The position numbers and the translations under genes are program-made. Shown here in pieces: positions 51,601-63,329 of a DNA stretch of 64,000 nt (the first letter of the stretch is position 1; each line of letters begins with the position of its first letter). The stretch comes from Amphiscolops sp. MND2022. Its lineage: Eukaryota. A model generated the notes under the pieces. That model saw only the letters and a program-made list of their open reading frames with translations. It did no database searches and was not told where the DNA came from. Location of the stretch: positions 58,158,001-58,222,000 of the forward strand of contig OZ076409.1 in assembly GCA_964187785.1 (NCBI GenBank). The letters are read 5' to 3'.

Positions 51601-54600
51601 AATATCCCTTGGAAAAAATTCGCACATTGCCGAAAAACGGGGGAATTGAATCTTTTCAATTTTTTTTCTGTTTCCACTTGTGAAAACACGTCTTCCGGGC
51701 TTAAAGAATCCCCCTTCGGGTTTTTCAGCAATGTGCGACTTTTTTGAGGGATTTTGTGGCGCCGACTTGAATGGTATGAATTCATGCTAATTTGTCATCA
51801 AATCAAACGGGTTCCCGGTTGTCCGCTGAGGCCAGTCATTCTTGATGGTAAATATAAGAAAGTTTCTTTTTATAAACGGCGTGACATTTATTGAAATGTT
51901 CTGTTAAAATTATGGTGTCTTTCATTGCGAGCATAGTTTACAATTCGAGAAAGTGCCATTAAGAAAGCTTTTAGTTGATAGTACGGTTGCGTAAATATTC
52001 AACGGTTTTGGAATTCTTCAGTTTTACAATGCCGATTAGAGACTACAATCCCAATGAGCTCTTATCTACAGTGGTGTCCTAAAAATACAACTAAGTAGTA
52101 GCGATTCTCGCATCTCATTGGCTGATGAAGAATCAATTTTATTCCCAAATATTTTTGATTTATGCTGAATCAAATATTTCCAGTTTCCATGGTATTTTCA
52201 AGGTCATTTTCAATAATTGGGCTGAAAGTTTTTACGATAACAGTCAACTATGTTCATATACCCCTAGTGCCCTAAATGTAGGAGCGAAGCGAAGCGGAGC
52301 GACGTGCCATATGGCCATGCCTCAATGTTGCTACTTGACGAAGGGATCGAAGCGGCCAAGCCGAGCCATACAGCAAATATGCTAACCTCTTCAAATAATC
52401 TAAAAATAACCTTCCATTTTGAGGTCACATTTTGAAATGAATAAATTATACCGATTAGCGCTTAATTTTGTGTATAGCATAGAATAATTTCCCATAATCT
52501 GTCAAAAATGCGACGAAATCTGTTAAAAGTGGGACGAAATCTGTCAAAATTCCACGTGGGACGAAATCTGCCACATTCTGACATTTTACACAACTCACTG
52601 ATTCTTTCTGGTCACCAATGTAATTTTCGTTTCTCGTAACGTTAGAGCTTTCATCATGTCGCGACTGTGTGATGTTTCAAATGGAAACAAAGGTGGAAGC
52701 TAGCCTGCAAATGGCTCAAATCGAAAAGCAACAAATTTTCTTCGTTCAAAAGCAACAATGAATTATGTGATATATCTATCTCGTGAATTCTATCTTGAAC
52801 AACCTTTTTTCCTAAGAAATAGTTATTTCTTGAAAACTTATGTACTCGATGATATTTGTTTTATTCGAACTATGTGTGTCAAATTATACATTTCTTGATG
52901 CATAGAGGCTCTAAGAATTCATAATACATTACTATTGCCTTTCATATTTACCCAGAAGCTAACGTCCTTCGGATGACTTAATAACAAAATTATTTTGTAG
53001 TGGAATATATTTCAGCCATGAAATCCTAAGTCAAATTGTAAAGAATTGCATTAAAATTTCCCACGCAACCAAATTGGTTCTTTGATCCATTTGCCCTCTC
53101 GCATTTTGCGCATTATTGTTCGTAAACCCTGAGCCCAGGTTCTCACTGTCGGCTGTCTAATGTAGTGATTAATCGACTGGAAACTTTCACTAAAAACTTA
53201 GCTTGACGGCGTCTTTGAGCGTATAAAGCAAAGAGCATAACCCGAACCAAATTTCTATTCTTTCAGTCTTGAAAGAATTATTGTGCTTGGACGTGGAAAA
53301 AGACGTCTTTGATCTAGTTGAAGATGATCAGTTGGCACAAGAATTGACTGCCTTTTTTGATCAAAACTTACATCAAGGTGGTCCCTTTGATGCTTTTTTC
53401 CTTATTACTACCCTGTTTCCTTGTGAAATTTAAACCCACATTCCGGATTGATCAACGGACGCTGTCCTTGTTAACTAATGCTGTGCTCTTACAGTCTAAT
53501 TATTTACGATCGAAATATTCAATATGGAAAATTATCATCTTTATTTCATTTGAAATTAAGCCGAAATTAATTGCTTTTTGTCCGAAAATACCGCTTGTTA
53601 AATAATAGAACGCTGCTTTGTTCCTGGATTGAAGGCGTCTTAGATATAAGATAAGATGTTAAAAGCTCAATTTTCGATCTTTCATACTTTTTCCATACCG
53701 CGTTAGTGTTTCATTTAGCCGTGAAGTTTTGGACTTTGTGAAAGCCAAAATCTCGCAATGCAATGTGGGAAAACAACGATATGGGCTGACAACTTCCATT
53801 TAAACCATGGTCTAAGAAATTAGTCATCTAAGAAAATCTTTGGAATAGAAATGTGTTCAGTTTTTGTAACGCTCCGCAGTGTTCACGTAAAGTGCATCAA
53901 CTATGCATTCGGAAGGAAATAGCCATTTTTTCTTTATAGCTCTCGAAACTGTTTTGAATACAAATCGAATGGCTTCTTTTGAGAGAATTCAGTTCGAAGA
54001 CATTTCCAAGACCTTTTTAATATTTGGGGAATCATTTAGGGAGATTTTCCTGGGTTTTTGAATCTCGAGCTAATAATGCTATAGTCGTACTATTTGCAAC
54101 GCTGAAGCAACGATATCGCTTGCAAAGTTGGTGTGCTGACGTGCAAAATTCACGAAAAAATAACATCAGTTTTCTCTACATGTTTTGTATGACAGTCACT
54201 CCTCGTTTAATGCAGTCGATAATTCCCTTTTATTGATGTTTTCCCTTTTCGCCCCCTAACTGACGTAAAACGAAGGCAACTCCTTAAGCTTTGTGTTCTA
54301 TTTGAAGATGGGTTAAAATGCCACTAGTTGAATTTACAGAGTGGTAAAAGCACTCTAGGGATCGACAAAAATTGGAATGACGTGAAATGTCAGATATTAT
54401 AAAAACTTTCCTGTCTGAAGGAAGAAAAAGGCTTGATAAGATGGCGCTGTTGAATTGTAAGTTGTGATTCCTTTGAGAATTGAGCGACTTCTTGGATATC
54501 AAGCAGAAATTTATTAGACAGTCGCTCAAATCGAGAAAAATTGGTGCTTTTAAAATGGAGTGAATGAGTAGATTGAAAGTGTCAACTATTTGCATTGATA

Positions 54601-57600
54601 GCAGTCAAACCTCTGAACGAGCGTCCATTGTTCAATTTTGATCTATTAAGTCGGCTGAAACAGGTCATCTCTTGGTACTTCTTTCAACCCGACGTGTGAC
54701 CTTACTGTGAATGGAATATCTTTTCAAAAAGCGGTTGCTTTCAAATGAAATAGTTTTCAGTTTAAGTTCAACTGCTGTATGAAACTTCGGAACCAAAGAC
54801 CCTTAAATGAATTTCATGAAGTAGGAAATGCATCAAGTCAAACGCAAGCCACGTCACGTTCAACTATTAGCTGCTCGGTTTTTGTGCCATTTGGCCTAAA
54901 CCCGAATGTTCAGAAAGTTCAAAGTACTGCGCAGATCAGATGATCGTGATAGAAGAACAAAAAGCGACCTTTAATTGAATTTCTCTCAGAATTATCATTT
55001 GACGCTTAGTTAGCTTCTCAACCTAAAGCAAGTGTCCGTTTTTATTGCTTCAAACTAGGAAGCTACGTTGATCAATACTCGTCAACATGTTTCCAGTGAC
55101 GTTACCATGTGACACGTTTCATATAACAGCGAATCTGTAATCCTTAAATTTTATTTCTTCATACGTTTTTTACATACAATCGAAATTTGGCTCTTTAGAT
55201 ACAGACAGCGCACAATTTCTTTCAACTGGTCTAAGTTGTCTTTGCTCGTTAATCTCCAATAAACATCAAAGATTTGCAAACTTATGGCTGTTTTGATAAA
55301 TTCAGCGAAATAGTTTCTTTTACTATTATTTGCACTTCGGTGACCTTGAATACTTGCTTGTAAAGGTTGTTCTTGCTCAACCTATGACGTCATTTGTCCC
55401 ATTAAACAATCCAAACGATGTCAGAATTTATTTCTAAAGAAATTCGATCGCGCGAAACTGGCACACAGCAAATTTACAAGCTAATTTAGAATTCTACTGA
55501 ATACTGTCAAAAATATTGAAATTTATAGTTGAAATAGACCACCCTGAACCTTTTGTAATCATTGTAATATTTGCTTCAAAAGTCTAAAAGTTCTTGGCTT
55601 GTTTAATAGCTCGTGAATAATTATAAGTGCAATTCGCCTAAGTCGTACCGCTAGGGACCAATTGAAACAGCACGAAAAAGGAGAAGTGCGAGTTAACGGG
55701 ATGATAATACATTTGTCATCACGAAATGGAGGTTTCAATTATATCCAATTCAAACGAAGATCCAAATTATCCGGATACGAATTAAACGGAGTTGACTGTA
55801 TTTTGTTTTAGATCCCAATATCTCACAAGTTTCGGTGTATCAATCCCCTGTTCAAAACTAGAATGCAGAACGAATTCGCTGGGTCTTCTACTCATTTCCA
55901 GTGAATTAGGTCGCTTGGAAGCGGAAGCGCAAATAATTCTTATCCCTTATCGAATTATAATAGTGTCAGATCCTATTTGGCATTGGAAAAGTTGACAGAA
56001 TTCTAGAAAAGTCAAATCCAGTCTCCAAAAACTTTGTTGTCAAGTACTGAGCGTTTCACCCGACGCTAGTACAGTTGAAATACGTTTCTCTTGTGCTGGT
56101 GTTTTGTTAAAAAAATGCGTTCGAAAAATTTTCATTTGAAAATTTGGATCTTTCACTATGCCCCCCCTATATCACTCGTTACACTATGTCCCCCCTAGAG
56201 AAAATAAATGTTTGTGGCTCATATATATTTATCTCCTATTGGCTAATCTCACATGCTATTCTGTCAATCAATTTATCTCGTCATAACTAACGACATTTTT
56301 TATTGGTTCTTATTATCAAAATCCCCACTCAGCCAATCAGAAGCGTTGTTAGATAAGAGCAGATCTGCGCTATTAGAATGTGCAATACATGTATTTAATA
56401 GCGTTTCACTATGTTCCCCCTTTTTGCTGTAGGGGGGATATAGTGAAAGAGATCCGAAAATTTATATCTTGAGCCAAGCTTTTTTCCAAAAAGCGCCACT
56501 TAAGCGTTAGAGGTCAGTCGCAATCGCAACTAGTGATAAGCGCTTTTTTGGCAAAATTAATTCATTGCTCAATAATACAATATAGTTAAATTTTGGACTC
56601 CTTTGTTCAAGCAGTTTTGAAGACTTTTTCAGTCGGCTTTTTAAAAACTCTGGGTGGTATAACCGAGTAGCTTTCCCGTATTGAAAGGGCGAAGTAACCA
56701 TGTCTGCTCGTTGGCTTAATATTCGTCTAGAAAATAGCTGTACAATTCATCTTACCATACTGTAATAAATGAATTGGACCTCTGATTGTAAAAAAATGAT
56801 TTGGACTCCATTGCATGAGACCAAAATCTTCTGAACGAAAAAGTATTTTGGAAAACTGTAAAACTAAAAGTTTAATAAATTTTAACGTTGATTACAAACA
56901 TTTTTGTTTGAAAAATCTAAGGTCAATATGCAAAAACTTGGAAACTATGCGTTTCCCTACCGATTTCGATTCTTTGTTTTAGTTAAAATTTCTAAAGCCT
57001 TGAGTGTTGAAAAAAAAGTTTTTAATCTTTCAGACGCTTTTTTCAACAAAATATTCCACTGATATGTTTTTTATTGCAGAACTTTAAAAGAAACCTTCTT
57101 GAACAGGACATTTCGGAGAAGACACTTGAATGCAATGTATTAAGATAGGGCATAAAATTACTTTTGAAAGAACCCTTATAAAATAAGTTTTCTTCAAGTT
57201 TTCTGTAAACAAAACATATTATCGTCATTAGTGGATGGATTAGTTTCTGTCAATATTGCCAAACTGCGTCTGAGACGTCTAATTTTGCCAAAATTTGCTC
57301 CTAGATCAAAATTTAGTAGTAAATACAAGTTGTTGAAAGTGATATTACAATGTTCCAAAATTGATTGCAAAACTGATTCTGAAGTGTTTTCACAAATTTA
57401 ATAATATTTGATCCGGAGTTTTTTGATTACCTCCAAAATCACTCGGGTTTCGAGCTAATTTATTTTCAGTCCAAATCATTTTTTACAATCATTGGTCCAA
57501 TTCATTTATTATAACCCTTCATTGGATGTTCTGGTATTTTGCGATTAAGTGTTCAAGGTAATGATTCATTGTCTCTCCATGGTGAACGCGCTTGCTGTTT

Positions 57601-57915
57601 GAGCATAGTAGCTCGCAATGTTTTAGTTTAAATTCACGCAGTGTACTAGTAAATTTGGATATTGTTAACTTTCAGATCCAAATGATATCAGATATGTGTT
57701 TGGTAATTTCATCATCGTCCTTTCAATTTGTGATAATGTGAATGCAACACTGAAGAAAAACCAACCGTAATGTTTTCTCTGGAAACCCAGCAATCTTCTG
57801 GAAACTGAGCCAGTCTTGGAAATAGAAACATGAAGCATCCGTTCCAGTGGCCGATGAGAAGCATGGTGAAAATCACATTAAGCACCCTCACTGCTATGCT
57901 GGCCATGTTGAGGAT
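42690..57915 (-). CDS. HCN: Hyperpolarization-activated cyclic nucleotide-gated (HCN/Ih) channel, 5'-partial (S5, pore, S6, C-linker, CNBD, tail)
   Basis: Minus-strand exons 57915-57766 (ILNMAS...[11 protein letters not shown]), 50154-49936 ([18 protein letters not shown]...[10 protein letters not shown]), 49530-49384 ([12 protein letters not shown]...YKGKMFNE), 45331-45214, 45142-45017 ([11 protein letters not shown]...YFG), 44578-44381 (EICLL...RTASV), 43225-42690. All introns are GT-AG with matching phases. S1-S4 exons were not found in the window. Confidence 0.92.
45377..45935 (+). mobile_element. Diverged HINE-like element with tRNA-like A/B boxes (HCN intron)
   Basis: Head ggcgcattcgtttgaaaatgcagactacagtagtga; A box at 45500, B box ggttcgaatcc at 45563; tail gcgccgacttgggcagatcccggctt. 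Confidence 0.6.
47264..47900 (+). mobile_element. Stack of four HINE heads, one tail, then element body
   Basis: Heads at 47264, 47314, 47369, 47422; tail at 47474-47520; body resumes at ~47530. Confidence 0.75.
51350..51770 (+). mobile_element. Degenerate HINE-like element
   Basis: aaaagtgcctgactcttacagt...gtcagaccacagacctcacact; ends with ggcgccgacttg. Confidence 0.5.
52230..52400 (+). repeat. ~150-bp dispersed repeat copy
   Basis: Near-identical to 10991-11135, with the upstream ttacgataacagtcaactatgttcat intact. Confidence 0.85.
55626..55798. mobile_element. Tc1/mariner-like short MITE, inverted copy of 59980-60157
   Basis: Ends ...atccggatacgaattaaacggagttgactg-TA, matching the reverse complement of the 59980 copy's left end. 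Confidence 0.55.
56146..56455. mobile_element. MITE with 8-bp TSD (Merlin/hAT/Mutator-type; superfamily uncertain)
   Basis: TIRs ggatctttcactatgcccccccta / taggggggatatagtgaaagagatcc; TSD gaaaattt at 56138-56145 and 56456-56463. Confidence 0.75.
56763..57511. mobile_element. MITE with ~45-bp inverted ends
   Basis: taataaatgaattggacctctgattgtaaaaaaatgatttggact ... agtccaaatcattttttacaatcattggtccaattcatttatta. TSD is unclear. Confidence 0.6.
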
Positions 57916-59979
57916 CTACAAGCAGGAAATAGAATGAAGACAATGACGTCACTGCCGTGGGAGTTGAGAGACGAGAACTTCAAAAGATTGACAGTGTAAG
58001 GAAAAGATAAAATTGAAAAGAAGCAAGTTGTGAGCAAGTATAAAAAAGTAATTCTCAGGCGCAATCAAATAAATTAATCATGTCAAATGATATTAGTAGT
58101 TACCTGACTTGATTGATTAAGGCACTTAGAATAGGGTTGCACTGGAGAAATCCAGACTTTCCCATTTCTTTCTTCTACACAAGCTCCGTCGAAAATTCAA
58201 CCGCAATAGAATTTGATTTGAATTTAATCAATTTTTCAAATAAGATATTAGTAGAAGTGCTGAATTTTCTTCGGAATCAAACTTGGATTGGTAGCTTACA
58301 TAAGGCTTTCAATCATATCCAAGTAATACAAAGCGTGAAAGTAAAAGACAAACTAGAACCGCTAAATACAATATAAGTGCCATCTTTGCTCAGAGATTTT
58401 ATACACGGACAAATCGCATTCTTTTACATGTAATGCAGGTCGAAGAAGCCCCCTTACCATGACATGATACATAAAGAAGATGGCATGTTTATGGTACACA
58501 TACCAAGTTGGATGGAAAATGAATAATGCGCTCAGCAACTAGCATATTATTTTCCAATTTTTGTCCGCTCGTTTTCTATCCCAATTTTTCGATCTAAATC
58601 TTCGAAGAAAATTTAAATTGTGTGCCATCAAACCGTAGCTTTCAATGATGGGTTTCAATAATTTTGATTGAAAGTTTTATGCTGTAAAAATTCGATATGC
58701 ATCACTGCCTTTCGTATGTGTACAATAAACTTCCTCAAACAGTAAAATTCCAAGCCATTTGATGTAAAAAACAATACCGTTTCGACGTTTTTAATTGTGA
58801 ACACCTGAAATTAACAGTGTTGAAATTTCTATTAGCACACAGGAGAAAGTAAAATCATGATAATCATCTGTATCAGTTACTCTTAAACTGAAGAACTAAT
58901 TTGAACAGCAATGCGCAAGTATGCTCACTATATTTACAGTAGCTGGGTTTTTTTCCTAAGTTCTGATAATTGTCTTCACCAGCCAACATTTTTCTTTTGC
59001 AATCTTTTGATTATTTTTGAATAAGAGGTGCTAATGACTATATTCTCAGATTCCGATCTAATGTAATGTTTTGGCCCTTTTCCACCAAATAGTTTCCGTA
59101 ATGACATGTTCTGCTGAGGTACACGATTCGAGATATTCTGTCGAAAAGCACTATTGTTTTTACAACGTCTAAGTGTTGTTACAATGTCAGTTTGCTCAAA
59201 ACAATTGTCTCTATTGAGTGTAAAATGACTGGAAAGCAGTGTTAGTATCAATCTCTTGTTGGCTAGGCTTCCGCTCATGTGTCCTGGATAATAAATCATT
59301 AGCTGGCTACGCTGGGTTTTCGTTTGTTGGAAATTTGTTATTGAAACGTTTCAGAAAAATTTCGTAGTCACACCAAGACATCTTTTGGTTTTTCGATGCT
59401 TTCAGTAAGGAAAAACTTTTTGATCCCAAAGGGTTCCCTTGAGAATTTGTGTCGGTACTGAGATTTTTCGGAACTTCTGTAGTAAGTCTTTAAACAAATT
59501 TAAACGACTTTCTCGTTTTCAGTCTCAAACGGGGCATCGTTTTCGTCTCTTGCTTCTTTAGTAAAAGGAGTTATAATCAGTAGCAAATTCCTTTATATTA
59601 GCTTTTCATACTACAATAGATTCGGTTATTCAGATCAGTTTTTATGCTAATTTCAATTGAAGGTATCTGAAGGGAAGTTGTGAATAAATCTGTTAGCCGA
59701 TATTACCTCGTTTTTGAGGTTATTAGTAAATGACGTGATTACAAAACAGACTAAATTAAAATATACTCGACAAAAACCTATCCATTTTGGATTATCACAT
59801 TGGCGGAAACAATTCTACAAGAGCGAGAGTTGCTTTAGTTTTTGCTGAGATTACATCAGCTTGAAGTATAAAATATAAAGATTTGAAGTATAAATTGTTT
59901 AAATTTTCTTGATGAAAGCATTTCAGTAATAAAACACACTGTTTCAAAATCTAATTGAACACAAATCAAATTACTTGTA

Positions 59980-60157
59980 CAGTCAACTCCTGTTAAGTCG
60001 TATCCGGATGATTCGGATCTTCGTTTAATTCGTATACATCTGAACCCCTATTTTGCGACAACCAAAATAAAATCGACCGGTTAATTCGTAATTCTCATTT
60101 ATTCGTACTATTTTATTCGTTCCCTAGCGACACGGACTACCTAGGCGGATTCAACTG
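59980..60157. mobile_element. Tc1/mariner (pogo/Tigger)-like short MITE
   Basis: TA-cagtcaactcc ... ggattcaactg-TA; a second, inverted copy lies at 55626-55798. Confidence 0.6.
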
Positions 60158-63100
60158 TATAGTTTTTGAAGCAAACTTAGTTAGCGGACCGCGTAACTTG
60201 GTGAACATGTAAAAAATCAGTTTGAGAAAGGGAACTTCTATCAGTTTTGTGGTGGTTGTAGTAGTAGTAGAAGTGGTTGAAAGGTAGACGGTGGTATCTA
60301 GTTATTTTGATTATTAGACATTAGTAGTGATGTTATAATTAGAGTGAACGAAGGTTATTTCACAGTTATTCCAGCTTGTGAAAGATACTCATCATTCGAA
60401 CCTTCTCCACATTGCTCATTGCGTGCAGCACCTCCTAAAAACACCATGCTTCCGATAATTTTATATCTGTCATGTATTCCCGGAAAATAGAATTTTTTGG
60501 GTAGAAACTTTTATTGATTTTCCGGCGAACTTTGCCTATTCTTTTGTTTGTTAGTTTTCATAGAAAATCAATGAACTAAGCCAAACTTTTCAAAATAGTT
60601 TTTCACACTCAGCTGTTCAATGGCATTACCTGAAATTGATTGAATGACGAGAATAGTGGTTGTCCCTCTATTTGGTACTTTTCAAGTGCGGTACGGCATT
60701 GCAATTATCGCACTTTCATCAAATAAGTTTGTTCATTATTTCATTTTTTGAATTTTCTTCTGGAAGTTCACAAAAAACTGAACAATGACACCAGAAAGCG
60801 CATCAGCCTTTAATTTCGCAATTCAATTTTCGAATCTCAACTTTTTCGATTGAATTACGCTTTTGATGATGTTACTCGAGTCATCAAATGCCGCTCTAAT
60901 CCCTACAAATATCAAACAATTTTCCACCGTGTGGTCAGCTATCACTTCAAGTGGTATGTATGTGAGACGGGCGCTTCTCAAGTGATATTTTGTTTGTTGC
61001 CTCTTTTGCACGAAAGTAAATTAGGCTGCTGAAAAACTAGAAAGAGAAATTTTGTGCTTCTTGATATCTACAGCAAAATGATTCCATTTCTAGGACACGT
61101 GTTATTATACATAGTACACCCCGTGTGTTTCTTGAATAAGCAACTATTCCCAATTGTACGTTGCACTGCCAAAATTGGGGAAAAGTTCCATTAATTCTTT
61201 CCCCTCGTTACGTCAGCCACTGCCACCCGCTAACTTGTTGAACTTAATTGTGATGAAATTGTTGTTTCCCTCTAATTTTTGTATGAAACTGATTTAAGTT
61301 GCTTTGCATTCAACCGTGAACGCTGTGTGAAAGTTGCAGATTTTCCTTATAATATTTGTTAGTAGACGAATAACATGTACCAAAAATGGATATCACACTT
61401 CTAATCAATCAATAGGTTTATATATTTTGATATTCTTAAATTCACGAAGTCGATACTTGAAATGGTTCATTTAAAAATTTGAACAAAACACTGTTGTTGG
61501 TAAGTAGTAAAGAGTGAGCTGAACAGAGGGGTATAAAGTGAGGAGTACATGTATTAAGATTGGTTATAGGACTAGAAATCCCTTATTTGGAAATTTACAG
61601 AAAAGGAGGAGTTCAACGGCCGCCGCCGCCGCCAACGGAACGCCGCCGCCGCCGCCGGTGACAGCTGTTGCCGCCGCGGGGACGGATTAAAGATATTGTA
61701 AACATTAGTTGAAGTATATACAAGTTTACCAAATTACAATTAATTGAGTACAAGCGTTATCACTTGTATCAACGTAAAATCTAATCACTCATTATCAAAA
61801 CGTACTAATTTGGTATCAAGCTGAATAAAATTGGTATTAACATGATTAACTAAGAATCGATTGTATTAAATTAGGTAGTCCAAAGTAACTTTCACAGTAG
61901 GTTGCTCTAAGTACGCGATTATTTCAAAGGCAAGTTTTCACACCTGATAATGAAAAGACCTAATCCAACATCTGGAGTGTTTGGGAAGAATATAAGGGAA
62001 CGTCTGAAATTTGTTCCCTCATTGTTCCAAAAATGCCAACAGTATTCAAGGAAAGATTGTCTACGAAAGATGAACAACATAGAGAGTCTGGTCATCATGA
62101 CTGTTTACAGAACAAACACAATCACTGTTGGATATGTATGACTCTCAATTCAGCATGTTGGTGTGAGTGGTTGCAATGCACCACTTGTAGGAAAGTTTGC
62201 TGTTCCAAAGTGTGTGGAACAATGTTAGTTTCATGTCCACATTGTAGGGAAGGACAGCTTTATGATCCCCTCCAATAATTTTTCAATCATCAAAAACCCA
62301 GCCTTTTTAAAGGCTACCCTGATGCGAATTGAGGCTATAAACAAGTTTTATACTCATTTCAAAGTCATGGGAAGCTTTTAAATGAAACTATTATTAATTT
62401 ATATTTTTCGATAATTATTTTATTGAATGATCTCTTTCACGGTTTACTAGACAGTTTAGAGAATCAATAAGTCTAACCTGTCATGTTCACTGCGACTCAA
62501 ACGTTCATTCACTTTTCATTCCCTTCATGAATATTCTCTTTCGCAGATTACTACTGTAAGTTTACTACTGTATACTGTAGGTTGAATGAAAGTCAGCAGT
62601 GTCTCTTCAATTAGTTTTGGTTGACTCAATCCGTCACAAGTGTTCGCTGATATGTTACTTTCAGTAGTCCAGTAAAGGACGCTTCCCAAGGTTTCATGAC
62701 TCACTTAATCCAGTACAAGTGCTGGCTGAATTTTGCAACTAGTAGCTAAGTACGGGAAACTCACTCAACAAGAATTAGTTTAGTATTGAAAGTTATTCGT
62801 TCCGCCAGGAATTTAGTATAATATAATCGAACCAGTATTTATGTAAGTGAAGATTCATCGATTTAGAAAAACTATTATCAGTAACATCCGGTGGGAACAA
62901 GTATTGAGCATAATACTTTTAAGTGAACAAGAACATGTAAGTAAGAATCGAAAACTTAGATTTTTCAAGAATCAGAGATTAATTCTATCACATAGCTTTT
63001 ATCTCGTTCAATTCCATTTTGAAGCTTAAGTAAGTTTTATTGAGTATATGTTAACCTATAGCGCTAAGGGTGTGTTATCGTGACGTCTCGGAATGAGTCT

Positions 63101-63329
63101 TAATCGTTACAGCTATAGGCCAGTCATATCACGCCGACCGCGGGGTATACACCCCCATGTATATAAGGGGGTGGGGCCCCCCCGCGCTCCCAACATCAGA
63201 GACATCAACTCAATGTACTCAAATTCGAGAAAACACAACGGGTTTTACTCTTTTTTCGTGAAAACGAGTTTGAAAATTTAGTTTAAAATTTGAAAAAAAA
63301 AGTTTATATTTGTTTGAATATGTCAATTT

